64,000 nt of DNA, from positions 11,036,001 to 11,100,000 of the forward strand of contig OZ038378.1 of NCBI GenBank assembly GCA_964036045.1. Direction: 5' to 3'. Below, one piece after another: positions 24,410 through 37,570 of this stretch. This DNA is from Eutreptiella sp. 'Long Island Sound 2002'. Taxonomy: Eukaryota > Protista > Euglenida. The notes under the pieces were generated by a model. That model saw nothing but the letters and a program-made list of their open reading frames with translations. It had not been told where the DNA came from and did not search any database. The translations under genes and the position numbers were made by a program. Numbering within the stretch: position 1 is the first letter of the stretch; every line of letters begins with the position of its first letter.

Positions 24410-25520
24410 GGTCTTTATGGTTTCATTTTTCGTGTTTCGTTTCTTTCTTCGATTGCATTTTCGTTCTCCGGCTATATTTTCGTTTTTCGTTTTTCGTTCC
24501 ATTTGTCGTTTATGGTTTTCCGTTTTCGTTTTTCGTTTCTTTTTTCGGTTATGGTTTTGATTTTCGTTTTTCGTTTATTGTTTCGTCGTTCGATTTTTTT
24601 ATTTTTGTTTTCCTGTTTCATTTCTACTTTTATTTTCCGTTTTTTCGTTTCTTTTTTCGTTTATGTTTTTTTGGTTTTCGTTTCGCTATTCGTTTTTCGT
24701 TTTTCGTTTCGCTATTGGTTTTTCGTTTATGGTTTCGAGTGTTTTTGTGGTTTCCGTTTATCGCGTAGTTTTTCGCATTGTTTTTCGTTTTGTTTGTGTT
24801 CATGGTTTCGTGCTTCGCTTTTTCATTTCGTTTTGTTTGGTTATGGTTCAATTTTCGTTTTTCATTTACTTTTTTCGTTTATCCTACGTGCTTAACTTTC
24901 TGCGTTGCTTTTCAATTTTCGTTCCGTTTTTAACCTATCACTTGGTATCGTTTCGTTTTTCTTATCGTCTTTCGTTTACATTTTTGCTTTTCGGCTTTTG
25001 TTTCATTTCTTGTTTATGCTTTTGTCTCTTGTTGTTCGTTCCAATTTTCGTTTTTCGTTTTCTGTTTTGCTGGTTGAACACCGTTCTGTTTTTCATTTTT
25101 TCCACGGCCTCATTTTTGTTTATGATTTCATTTTTCCTGGTTCCTTTCGTTTTTATTCATTTATGGTTTATTTATGGTTTTTGTTTCTTTTTTTGGTGTT
25201 GGTTTTTTCGGTGGTTTCATTTTCCGTTTGCCGTTTAGTTTTTAGTGTATTGTTTCGTTTTCCCTCTTTGGTTTCATTTTCATTTGAAAAGTGCTCTATT
25301 GCTTTTGCACATTGGCCTGAGATTTATTGTTTCATTTTTTGTTTTCTTCTTTGTTTTTCGTCTTCCGTTTCGAGTTTTCTTTTCCATTCTGTTTGTCATA
25401 TTTTGTTTTGCTTCTGGTTTTCCGGCTACCTTTTCCCTTTCTGTTCCGTTTTTCATTTTTCCCTTGGTTATCCCGTTTTGTTTCTTGTTTTGTATTTCAG
25501 TTTGTCACCCAGAAGAGAGG
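24410..25520. repeat. 1.1-kb T-rich degenerate (TTTTCG)n low-complexity tract
   Basis: Read directly. The Phe-rich ORFs spanning it are artefacts. Confidence 0.9.
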
Positions 25521-25779
25521 TTGTTAGATCCAGCGCACGCGTTGGCGCCATATACCTATTTTGGGGTGAAATGTGTAGCATACCCCAAGGTATGAGATCG
25601 GATCTCCAACCCTTTGTATCATCATTTTGGGAGACAAAATGATCCCCCAATGAAATGTTCGATTTTGATCCCCCCCCCCCCCCTTGCACCTAGGTGCCAT
25701 CTTCCAACAAGACACGGTAGCCATTGCAGCATATGTGCCAGATAATTTGAGGCAAATGAACAATACAGTCGTGCTCTTC

Positions 25780-26481
25780 AGATCTTCACCATAGGTGAAA
25801 TTGCAATCTGCACTGACTCACTTTATGTGGTACTCGGAGCGACAAGAGCAGCAAGGCGATGGAAGATCAGGGGGTGGGTGGGCTCCTCAGGACCAGTTTC
25901 CAACACCTCACTTTGGGAGCAACTACTGGAAGAATTAGACCGCCCAGATCGCACCATCCATTGGGTCAAAGTTCCCTCACATGTCAATGTGGAGGGAAAC
26001 AACGAAGTAGACCGCTTGGCTGATGAAGGCAGACAACTCCACCTTGGTTCCCCGCCCAACCACATCCCACCGCTCACAATGGCTGCCTGTCACATCGAAA
26101 GCGCCCAAAAGACCACGCCTTCACGCACTACACACAACCCCAGTTGAAGCTAAGTGCTTGATCCTCCTGCCGCCCACCCCCCTGCCCCCACTACACTTTG
26201 CCGAAGCAAAATCCGTCCTGATGGCACTAAATTTATCTATCTTGCCTGACTCTATGAGTGAAGCACAATTTTCAGGGGATGAAACTGAAGCCTGGAGTGT
26301 CTCACACTCAACGAATTACGATACTTGCTCATCCAAGCACAATGGCTGTGCCAACGAAATGAACTCACAGGCTTTTTCTGACTCTGATGCAAGCCGCTCC
26401 TGCTCTTGCTCCACAGACTGCAGCCATCACCAACATACCCCCCACCCCAACCCTTGCACCCTCGTGCACCATCACTGCTGA
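25780..26481 (+). mobile_element. Retroelement remnant: C-terminal half of an RNase H1-like domain plus an acidic Ser/Asp tail
   Basis: IAICTDSLYVVLG...RWKIRGW...SLWEQLL...HWVKVPSHVNVEGNNEVDRLADEG, followed by a frameshifted SDSD-rich tail. Confidence 0.75.
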
Positions 26482-27049
26482 TGTTCCCCCTCCTCGCCCA
26501 TTGAAACTAAAGAGCCGCATCTCAGGGTAAGGCAGAAGGAGTGCCATGCTTTGTAGCCCCAAAGGTGTGAGCCTACTACATAGTGAATGTAGGCAGCCCG
26601 AGGCTGCCGCCTCAATGAGGATCATGCAAGGAACGATCAACAGCAGGTCACAGATACAGGCAAGCAATGAACCCCTGTACATACGGACCAGCCATCATTG
26701 ATGTACATAAGATAGTGGAGCACGCCAACCAAGAAGGGGACACGTGTGCATTGCCAGGGACATTTGGACCAATGGCTGAAAGTGTCTATGGCGGGGGCAT
26801 TCCATCGATCAGTATCGACCATTGGTCCCCCTAGGTGCCACGTTTTTGGGAGGGGTGGGTGTGGGTGTAGGGGGGGTCGGTCGGGGGTTGGGGGGGTTGG
26901 ATTTTTTTTGTGTGTTGCGGCCATTGTGCGTTAATTGAGCCCAGGTCCTAAACACTTTTTTTCTTGTACATGGACCCCTTGACCAATGGCAGTCGTCTCG
27001 GGTCCAAACTCCACGTAACCCCCCCCCCCCTCCCCATTGGGCCCTTGCT

Positions 27050-30000
27050 GGTGAAGACTCGGCTACCTTCAGGTTGACATGTGTTGGCTGAGGATCACCT
27101 CGCAGAGGTTGTTAGACGAAAACCATGCAAGCTTTCATATATGGAAAAACGCCAGCTCCTCCCCCTTTTGGGGCCTGTTCGCAAGGGGTTGAATTGTTGG
27201 TTTAACCCGTTGTGTACAATCATTTTGTCCAAAAAAATGAAATGCATCACCCATGAGTTTTTGGTTGGGACTACCCTAGACCCCCCCCCCCCAAACTGAA
27301 ACCCACATTTTTGAGGGGTGGCGGGTGGGCGTGGGTAAAAAAATGTCGGAAAATGACCCCCCCCCTTTTGGGCCAAAAGTCACAGATCGTTTGGTGGTTT
27401 TTGACTTTGAGCCGAAAAAGTGTTTTCGGGTGCTGACTCCATAGGGTTTGTGTGGGTCACTAAGAGGGCCTAATTGGTGCTACATGGCTCTCCATGGCCT
27501 GGTATGTAGTGCCATTGTCAGCAAATGATCAGCCAACAACAGCCCAAGGAACCCTAGGGATGGTTGGAGGTCGCCCACGAATCAGCATGCTGCCCTAAAA
27601 ATGGCCAAGTCCTCACCATTGGGGCCCAAAGGGGTTAGCCAGTTGGGAAACCTAGAGATAGCACTTGCGACCGCCGTCCTTGGTTAGGCATGGGGAAAAT
27701 TGGCTTACACGGGGGGGGGGGGGGGTGTCATTCGAGCCCCCCAAAGGAGGTGGGGGGGGTCAAGGAAAGGGGCTCTCATGACAGCCCAGTCCCAATCCCA
27801 AGAGGCTAATCTAAAACCTCCGATGATGACTCACCAACTGCGCCACGAAGCGGCCTGGAAGATTTTTTTTCAAAAAAATTTCCCCCATGATACATACCTC
27901 AAAATGATCAACTCATTGTAGGGATCATTTTGAGTCATATAGATTGTGGTACCTAAGGACCCCCCCTCCCCCGACCTCCCCTGTCAGCCTGTTGGGAGTC
28001 ACTGTGAGCCCGTCGGGGGTCCCCGAAAGCCAGAAGGGGGGGGGTCCGGGAAAGGGGCTCGAACGACCTCCCCCCACCCACGCGCAAGCCAATTTTCTCC
28101 CAGCCTTGGGGGGGGGGCATGCAAAAGGGAAAAAAGTGGAAAGGGATTAGTGTCTGATTGCACCCATAGTGGCGGCTATAGGCCAACTGTCTTTCGCACA
28201 CTCTCGTGCAAACCAGCCCAAAACAGCATTTTTGAGGGCCACTAAGTCCGACCAAGGGGGCCTAATTGGTGCTACATGGCTCCGCAGGGCTTTATACCCA
28301 TTCCCATTGTCACCAAATGATCATCCAACTACAGCCCAAGGGTCCCCGAGGGTTTTTGGACGTTGCCCCAAAATTTTCAGCCAACCCATGCCAACCTGAA
28401 AACAGCTAAGTCCTTGCAGGTGGGGCCTTGTAAGGGAGGCCGCTCTGGGAAGCTTGGTGATAGCACCAATTACCCCCGTCTTTGATTAGAAGTTCCGTAT
28501 AGAAAGAAAAAGTGGAATGGGACCATGGTTTGAATCGACATACAGTGGTGGCTATAGGCTGTCCAACGTTTGACCCCTCTTGTGCAAACGAGGCCAAACC
28601 GAATAAGAGGGCCTAGTGGGTGCTACATGGGTCCCCATGGCTTTATACGTGTTCCCATTATTACCAAATGATCACCCAACAATGGCCCAAGTGTTCTTCA
28701 TTATTGTCAAGGGTCGCCGGGAAAAAGTGCACTTTTCAGCGGGCACTTGTCGGCCATTTTGAGTGGAAACGGTCATTTTGCATCTTTCACACAGGCCATC
28801 ACCGGCCCTAGGCAAGGCTAGAGGTGGCAAAAAACATTCTTTGGTATCCTAGCGTGTGCATATTGTCACAACATCCCCACTTGCACCCCTCATAATGGGG
28901 ACCACGGAGTCACTAAGGTCGCCAAAAAGGCCGACATAGCATAACATTTGCATAAATTGCATAAGCTCTCGTCCCACTCAGGGGTTTATTGGTGGACTTG
29001 TTTCCACTATAGTCAGCAAAACTTGGTTGGCCCATAGCTGTCACAGTACGTTGATTCAGAGTCAGGTGCCATTCCAAAGTTTTCTTCTATTTGGACCACC
29101 TAGCCAATGACGGGTCCCAGGTGCTATGTCCAAGTTTCCCAAACCAGCCAGCCCATATGGCCCCACTGGTGAGGAATCGGCCATTGTAATTTCGGGGTGA
29201 CCTCCAACGACCCACGGGGACCCTTGGGCTATAGTTGGATGATCCTTTGGTGACAATGGGAGTAAGTATAAAGCCAAAGGGAGCCATGTAGCACCGGCTA
29301 GGCCCTCTAAGCAATGATTATTCCCCATCAAAAGTGCTGTTTTGGGCTTGCACTACAGTGGGTGAAAGTTGGTTGGCCTATAGCCGCCATTGTGTGTCGA
29401 TTTAGACCATGCACACATTCCACTTTTTTTCTTCTCTGTAGGGACCCCCTAGCCAATGAAAAGGGTCTCAGGTGCTATGTCCAAGTTTCCTAAACCAGCC
29501 CCCCTATGTGGCCCCCTGGTGAGGACTTGGCCGTTTTCAAGCCGGCATGGGTTGATTGGAAAATCACATCACCCGGATGACCTCCTTCCTCCTTCATCGC
29601 CGGCGATTTTTGGGTGGCCTCCAACAACCCGGGGACCCTTGGACTGTTGTTGGATGATCGTTTGGTGACAATCAGGGTACACATAAACCCATACGGAGCC
29701 ATAATGCAGACGGCTTGAGGGATAAATCTGCCACCCGGAGGTTCATGACTCAGGGCAGATTCTTTGCGAGGTCGACTAGCTGAAGGCAATAGAATTGCTG
29801 TTGTCTCGGCAGTGGCACTTAACCTCGGAGAGGTTGTTAGATCAAAGCCAAGCAGGCCCACAACAATGGGAAAACACCACATATTTTGCATTTTGGGCCT
29901 ATTAGCGTACCCTACCCGAAGGGGTTGAATTGTTGATTTAATCCTTTGTAAAATCATCATTTTGTCCACTACACACATCACCCAATGAGTTTTTTGTTGA

Positions 30001-31700
30001 CCACCCTTCCCACTTTTTTGAGGGGATGGGGATCAAAAATGTCGAAAAAATGACACCCACCCTTTTTTGAGTTGAAAATCACGATTTTTTTTTCGATTTT
30101 GAGCCGAAAAAGTGTTTTAGGTCCATCGGGTTTGCGTGGACGGAGTGGGACGAGTTCCTCTAGCCTGGCGTAGCACCGGTTATTGCCCATGTGAAAAAAG
30201 CGTAATTACCGTTTCCACGAAAAATGGCCACATGTGTTGGCTGAAAAATGTACTTTTTCTGGCAACCCTTGAAGGTCTCTGGTAACACTTGGGCCATTGT
30301 TGGGTGATCATTTGGTAACAATGGGAACACGTGTAAAGCCATGGGGACCCATGTAGCACCCACTAGGCCCTCTTAGTGGGTTTCTTGGCCGTCAAAACCG
30401 CCGGTTTTGGGCTCATTTGCACTATAGTTGGCAAAGGTTGGTTGCCCTATGGCCGCCACACTGTGTCAATTCAAACCATGGTCCCATTCCACTTTTTCTT
30501 TCTATCCCAGGGGCAGATTCTCTGCGAGGTCAGCTTGGTGAAGGCATTAGAACCTTCGAAAATCGCACCCCCCCTTTTTTTGGAAAACCTTCTGTGGCCC
30601 CTGGGATGGGTTTTGGTGGTCATTTTGGTGACGATATGTGTACTTAGAGGCCCATGGGGACCCGCATAGTGGGCACTAGGCTCATGTAGCTTGGGCCACC
30701 CCCCATCCCCCCCCCAAAGCCCCCAAATTGCTGGGTTTGCCGGCAGAGCAAAAACGGCTGAAAACTATGCTCATTTCCCGACTTTTTTTGACCCCCCCCC
30801 CCGCCGACCCCCCACCCTCCCAAAAAAGTGGGTTTCGAGTGGGGGGGTCTAGGGAGGTCCTGACCAAAAAGTCATTGGGGGATGCATTGATTGGACAAAA
30901 TAATGATTTTATAAAACAACAATTCAGCCCCTCAAAGTAGGGTATGTGAACAGCCCCAAAAGGGGGGTGTATGTTGGGTTTTCCCATATATGTAGGCATG
31001 CCTGGCTTTGATCCAACAACCTCTATGGGATGATTTTGGAGCTTTGGGGGGATGGCCCAGGCTACATGCGCCTACTGGCACTACATGGGTCCCCATGGGT
31101 GCTAAAGTACCTGTATTATCACCAAATGACGACCCAAACCCATCCCAAGGGCCACATAAGGGTTTCAGAAAATGAACATCGTTGTTTTTGGTGACCTTAG
31201 TGACTCTGTGGTACGCATTCTGAGGGGTGCAAGTGGTGATTTGGGATGGTATATGCCGACTAGGATATGAAAGGACGCCTTTTGGCAGCCTCTAGCCTTG
31301 CCTAGTGGCAGTCATGGGCATGGCCACGAAATGTCTGTTTGCACTAAAAATGGTCTATACGTATTGGGTGGAAAATGCACTTTTTCTGGCAACGCTTGAC
31401 GGTCCAGAGGGACACTTGGGTTGTTGTTGGGTCATCATTCGGTGACAATGGGAGCACGTATAAAGCTGTGGCGAGCCATGTAGCACCAACTAGCCCTCTT
31501 AGTGGGGCTTATTGGCCCTCAAAAGTGCAGTTTTTGGGCTTGTTTGCACGAAATTACGCAAAATTTGGTTGGTCTGTAGTCGTCACAGTGCGTCGATTGC
31601 AATCCCGCTCGCATTCCACTTTTTCTTTCTATACGCAATTTCTGACCAATGACGGGGGTCCCGGTCCCCCTATAGGCAATTTTAGGGACCTTCGACAACC
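27050..31700. repeat. Mosaic of direct and inverted repeat modules (foldback-like non-autonomous element cluster)
   Basis: A ~110-bp module '...gggcc.a.t.ggtgctacatgg...ccaaatgatc...' is forward at ~27467, 28258, 28604 and 31075, and reversed at ~29215, 29630, 30284 and 31415. A ~330-bp module is direct at 27095 and 29825 and inverted at 30770. Confidence 0.85.
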
Positions 31701-32024
31701 CCTGGGGTCCCTTGAGCTGTTGTGGGGTATGTGGGGCCCAAAAGCACTGTAGGGGCGACAGAAGGGATTTGAAAAAGGCAAAGATTCGAAAATTTTTAGG
31801 TGCCACCAACACCATTACACTGTGCTGCAATGGCGATGCGTTTACCTCAGGAGATCTGGGTACGAAGCTGTCGATTCGCAGAGTACTAGTGAAGTAGTGG
31901 ATGTAGTGGATGGGCCTGCATTGACTGTGAAACTGCATGCCTGCGAGGCGCTCACGATCCACTGTTCTGCAGGTGGATTCCCATGTCTATTATCCTCACG
32001 CTTCTGGTATTTTGTTGACGGGTC

Positions 32025-32207
32025 ATGCCGACTGCTGCAGCGGAGCAGCACTCTGGTTTGCGTGTCTTGATCCTAGGAGGGGCCGGTTACGTGGGCCGGA
32101 ATCTTGCGTTGCATCTGCAAGAGAACAGGGCCTGTGTGGTTAGCCTCTTTGATGTCGCTGCCTCCACGCTGTCCCTCCCATGTGAGAGGGGAGATGTCCT
32201 TTGCCAG
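32025..32207 (+). CDS. SDR42E1: SDR42E1-like (3-beta-HSD / extended SDR) exon 1 with the GGAGYVG Rossmann motif
   Basis: ATG at 32025, LRVLILGGAGYVG, phase-0 donor CAG|GTATGG at 32208. Confidence 0.9.
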
Positions 32208-34364
32208 GTATGGCGCATGCACCGAGTCTGATCTGAGGGTGTTGGTTTGGGCCCACCGGTAGGAGAGATAAGTGTTGGATTCTTGAGTTTTTAATACTTT
32301 GTTAGAACGCACGTGTTGTAGATATCTCAGGGTCGGGAGGTTTCAGCGTGACTCTAGAGACTTACAAGGGAAGCTTTTTTCTTCGGCTGCTGGGCGGGTG
32401 GAACCAATTTTGTGCAGGGAAGCGGGGGTCATTGAAGCGCCCTGAAGGGGATGGTGGGGAAAAAGGCTCAGATACCAGGGCTCAATGACAGCGTAGTCTG
32501 AGGACTGGCAATTGCTTCCGGGGGACCCCATGATCTCCGCTCTGTTCCACCGCAGATTAAAACCTTTTTGTTCAGGGGATTTTCACAGAGACATGGGTCA
32601 TTGGCAATAGGCTTGGCAGTGTGCCCGGGGGCAGCGTGGGCAACTGGAACGGAACGGGCACTGCACAAGGGGGGCTGCACAAAACCGGAGCAGTGGTGCC
32701 CCCTCTTTCGTGTGTACTTCTGGTGCCTGGGGTGCCTTCGCAGCATTGTCCGGATCAAGGTCCATGCAGCTCCCCAGGAAATCCTGGCCTACAGCCTTTG
32801 CTCGGGTACGTGGCCTGGAACGTGCTGCCCTCAGATGTGGACAGGAATCTGGTGCTCAGGGTGCTCGCATCAAGGCTGCTGAGAGCGGACAGTGTCAGCC
32901 TTTTCCGTTCCGTCAGGCCTCTTACCACGACTCTGGCCCATTCTGCACTGTCAGAATGTGCCCTTTTTGAAGTCAAAGGGGGCGCTGGAAAAGGGGCTCC
33001 AACGAGGCCCCACCCACCTGCGGAAGTCTTCCCGCCTCCCTCCCTCAGACGGGCTAATCTCCCTTTGATGTTGTTTCTGCAACTGTTTGCGGTTTAATTT
33101 TTTAAAGTCAAATTTAGCCAACTTTTAAAAAGCGGTGCATTAGCTGTGGTTTGACACAGTTTCATAGACATAGGATGCCCTGCAGTGAGCTCTTTGAGGG
33201 GCTGTGGTACTGCACCAACCACCAAATGGTTCCTTCTCGCGTACAGTGCCCTGTGTGTCACATAGGGTCATGTCCAAACATCACACGGATTTGCTTCCAC
33301 AACTTTTGGTTCCCTTGCCGTCGTTTGTGTGGGGGGGAGGGGAGCAGTCCATCGGCTGTCCAGAGCACGCCAACCAAATGCACGCAAAATGCCTCGGAAT
33401 TGCAGTATCACTTGGTGATCCGTAGGCCCGTGGCCCTGGGTTACACAAACCGCATCATCGGTGATGGGGAGCACCGTCCGATCCCACCGACCCTGCCCCC
33501 GGTGAGGCATGCGGGCGGCAGCTGGGGAGTACGCGCCATGTGGGGCAGACGGATGGAAGCCGTGCAAAAACCGCCGTCCCAACCCCACTTCCCAGTCCCA
33601 TCGTGAATATCACTGTCCGAGACCCCGGCACGCGCCTGCGCAACCCGCAACCAGTCCCGAATGTTTTTGTTTGCTTCACCATCATGTGTGTGTGGGTAGG
33701 CTGTCTCACAGGGCGCTGCCGTCCTCAGTGTAAAGCAGCAACATCCGCACAGCAGTCTGTCTTTTTTGCCCGCCCCCCCCACCCCCCAATCCCTCCACGG
33801 ATCTCAAAAATCATCAACCGCGCCGGGATGATAATGTTGAGGTTTGTACCCCCCCCCTCATGCTTGCACGGGTTTCTCGACGGCACGGCGACCACCTGGT
33901 CATTTTTCCTGACCACCGTTTTTGTGGCCAAGAATGCGAGATTATCAAGCACGGGATCCCCGTCTGATTTTCCTGAATTCGGCAGTGCTTGGGCAAGGGC
34001 CAGGGGTGTGTTGGGGTGACAAATTTGTCAGGAGTTCAGGAGATTTTGCTGCTTTAGAGGCCGCACGCGCACAGTGCGCACACGACAGTATTGATCCCCG
34101 TGACCTCGCTGCAGTCAGATTTCGCCGCTTTGGATTTTGCGACTTCGGAAATTTTTTTTGCAAATTTGGCCATGACTGCCGCAGTAGACTAGTGCTGACG
34201 GTTTGATCACCGACACACCGTGCACGCACCTGCGACAATGGCCGTGTTAAGGTTTGGCAACAGGCCTGATGGATGCTATCCCCGCGCGACATCTCGCCGC
34301 TTGGGCCCCCATCCACATTCGTGCATTTGCCCCCTTCCGCCCTCTTTGTGCCTTCTCATCACAG

Positions 34365-34490
34365 GAGAGTCTGGACGCAGCGTTTTCGAAGTTCAAACCT
34401 CAGGCTTGCTTCCATTTGGCATCTTGGGGCATGTCAGGGAGCCGCATGCTCTCTCCCAAATGTGAAGAATTCAATGTGGGTGGCACACAG
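34365..34490 (+). CDS. SDR42E1: SDR42E1-like exon 2: ESLDAAF...CFHLASWGMSG...NVGGTQ
   Basis: catcacag| acceptor, |GTATGG donor, phase 0/0. FHLASxGMSG and NVxGT motifs present. Confidence 0.9.
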
Positions 34491-36184
34491 GTATGGGTGC
34501 TGGAGGCCGTGAGCAGAAAGTTCCCATTGTTCTGCAGTCAAGCAATGGCCTTCCTCTGTCCCTCTGCTTAGGGTCCCTGGAGAGCTCAAATGTTTGTGAC
34601 TCCTCCTTAAAGGGGCTGATCTTCAGATACGTGCATATGTGGTACTACCCCGAAGGGAATCAGAGCCAAGGGAATGAACGCCCTGATGCCGTGACCGCCT
34701 TGCTTACTCATGTGACACGCAAACCTCCAAACATGAAGCACCGAACAATACTCTCCAGCCAGTATCCTCCGAATGGACTTCGCAACGCAAATATAGGAAC
34801 GGAAGCCCCCAAACAACAACCCTAATCAAAGACCCCACACAGAAACCTCCACACAAAAGCCTCTCACAGAAACGACCATCAAGGAGCGTGAGACACCAAC
34901 ACCATGTGACCGTGAGACACCATCACTGGCCACAGGATGCAATCCACTATCATTGACCCCTGGATTCCATCAATGGCCATCAAACAAACTACGAATGAGC
35001 GTGCCGCACCGTCATAAGCTAATGCAGCCACAGGAGACACGCCGCCATAAACTTTCCAATAACGACCCACAACAAAGCCATGTGCATTGAATGGTAGTGT
35101 TCGGAATGGAGTGTACGCCGTAGAGCCCCAATGAGCACACATTTCAAGTGGTCACGAAACAACACGCGGAGATGTTGCGGTGCAAAACACTTTCGTCTTC
35201 TCAAGTTTTGTTTCGTTTATTTCATGCAGCGATGGCCCTTCAATACGCATTGCGCACCAAGGGTCAGACTGTACACTAGTCCCGAGCTGCAACAACCAGA
35301 TCACCACCCAAATTGGTTCCCTCCTTTCACGCACTTGCATGCTACCTTGCTGCTCAACTTCACCAACTAGAGTCAAATTTTGAATTTGACAGCTGACTTT
35401 GAGCGTTTGCATCGTTTGCGACATGTCCTACACAACATGCGTACGAAACTCCCAATGAAAGTGCAAATCACTAGCACAAACACAAGCTGATACCATCAAC
35501 GCTTTGCACTTTACATGCCCCACACAAGAGTTCTGCCTCATAAACACACCGCCCTCCATGATGAAAGTCTTGGAACCTTCAACCTTATTATTATTAACCT
35601 TATTATGAAACCTATTCAATCTTATTATTATAATGGTGATCGTTTGGGAACTTTGGGATTTGGATCACCACCGGAACGGTCTCGCTCTGAAATTCGGGGT
35701 CTGGCCCATTGAGCCCTTTTTGAGGGGCGCAGAGAACAAAAATTGCTGGCATGGTAAATACAATTCTACAATTTGTGCGAATTTTGGTGACTTTTCCGTG
35801 ATGAAATCTGTTGGTCCCAATATTCTCATTGTAATTTCCGCTACCAATGTCTGCAGCATGTAGATAGAGAGTAAGTAGCGTGTAAACAGCCATAAAATTA
35901 GGTAGCAAGCACAGATTGAGTGTAGATTCAGCAAGTACAAGCAAAGTACATGTACAGCGTAAGCGTAGGATAAGCAGACTATCAGCAGAGCATAAATGAA
36001 TGGAGTGGTACCTGCGCAAGTAGGGAGCAAGCCGAGCGCAACTAGTGAGGAATAGTGAGAGTGTTATTGGGAGAATGGGAGATGTTGAAACTATGTATGT
36101 CAGAGAAGGAATCATTGGTCAAAGAGGGATGAATTGATATCTTACCCTCACTGGCTTTGGCTCTCCATCTGCTGGTTTCAATAG

Positions 36185-36388
36185 AATGTTCTGGACGCTT
36201 GCAAAAGGTCTAATACGCGGTGTCTTCTGTACATGAGCACGTACAACGTGTGCTACGGCGGCGTGCCCATTGCTGGGGGTGACGAGACCACTCCCTTATT
36301 TGATCCCCAGAAGCACACAGACTTTTATTCTGCGTCCAAAAGCAGGGCAGAACAACTGGTGTTGGCCGCCAATGGGGCACTCTGCCAG
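36185..36388 (+). CDS. SDR42E1: SDR42E1-like exon 3 with catalytic S and YxxxK (MSTYNV...DFYSASK)
   Basis: tcaatag| acceptor, |GTATGG donor, phase 0/0. Confidence 0.92.
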
Positions 36389-36949
36389 GTATGGCCATTG
36401 AGAGCATTTGATTTCACGTGCAGCAATTCCCAAAGCCGTGAAGTTCGGGGGCGCTCTGCACGGCATCTGATTGGGGATATGGACCACAGGGCCAGGGGGC
36501 CAGGGGGTTCAGAACAGGGTTGGGTTGACAGGGCTAATTAGCCCCAGATGCGCGGGAACGGTTGGGGGAGAGCGGGGGGTGTTCGAGAGGTGTGTGCTGA
36601 ACTCCAAAGCATGTTCGCACGCGAGAGTCCAGGGCAGCACGCAGCCCTGCGGGACAAGTACTCGGTGCCGTGCATCAACACAGAGGACATCACTAGCGAC
36701 CCCAGCCGCAGGATTGACTCGAGCCAACAGATGGAATGGGGAACTGGTCATTGGCAGGGGGACAGGGACGTGGGGCAGGGGGACAGGGGGTGAGGTCTGG
36801 TCACAATAGTTTCATACAATGCTAGGGAAACAAACCATCATTCTTTGACCCGGGTGAGCCCTTGTCCAGGAGCACGCACAGTCGCACCCCCCCCCCCCCT
36901 TTGGTACCCACGATTCACCCAGGCGTCACGAATGTGTAATGCAGTGGTT

Positions 36950-37570
36950 GTGTCAAATGGCGTCAAGGCTGTTGCAAATCGTGTCAAGGCTGTTTAAGGC
37001 CTATGACCAGTGGTGCCAAGACGGTGTTCAAAGATGTGAAGGCCGTGCCAAATAGTGTCAAGGCTATGGCAAATACTTTCAGGTGGGTTCAGGGCTGTGG
37101 CAATGGTTTTCAAGGCTGTGTCGCGTGTTGTCAAGGCTGCGGGCAGCGGTGCCATGCCTGTGTCAAGCGTTGTCAAGTCTGTGTTTGATGTTGTGGCTGC
37201 ATCAGGTGGTTTCAAGGCGAAGTTTTGTGTTGTCAAGACTGTGTGAAACCGTGTCAAGGCCGTGTCAAGTGGTGTCAAGGCTCTGTCCCCTGGCCCCTTT
37301 CGACACAGCCTTGGCAACATTTGCCCCAGCCCTGGCAGGGCTTCACATAGCCTCCGACACCGATTGATACAGCCTTGACACCCTTCAACACAGCCTTGGC
37401 ACTATTCTACACAGTCTTGACACCACTTGAAACAGCGTCCAGACCGCTTGACACAGCCTTTACAATGTTGGACACGGCATTGACACCGTTGGACACAGCA
37501 TTGACACCACTGGGCATTGATACCAGTTGACTTAGCCTTGGCACCGATTTGTCAAGCGGTGTCACGGGGG
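36950..37570. repeat. 21-bp (10+11) minisatellite arranged as two opposed arrays
   Basis: GTGTCAAG(C/T)G-GTGTCAAGGCT units at 36950-37285, then reverse-complement AGCCTTGACAC units at 37300-37545. Confidence 0.9.

Noticed and set aside
24410-25520. TTTTCG units as copies of a euglenid spliced-leader 3' end
   Set aside because: None of the rest of an SL exon or SL RNA is present, so the match is explained by low complexity.
24126-25642. Long Phe-rich 'membrane protein' ORFs (170-245 aa)
   Set aside because: They are translations of the (TTTTCG)n tract, which lacks stop codons by composition. Several overlapping frames are open.
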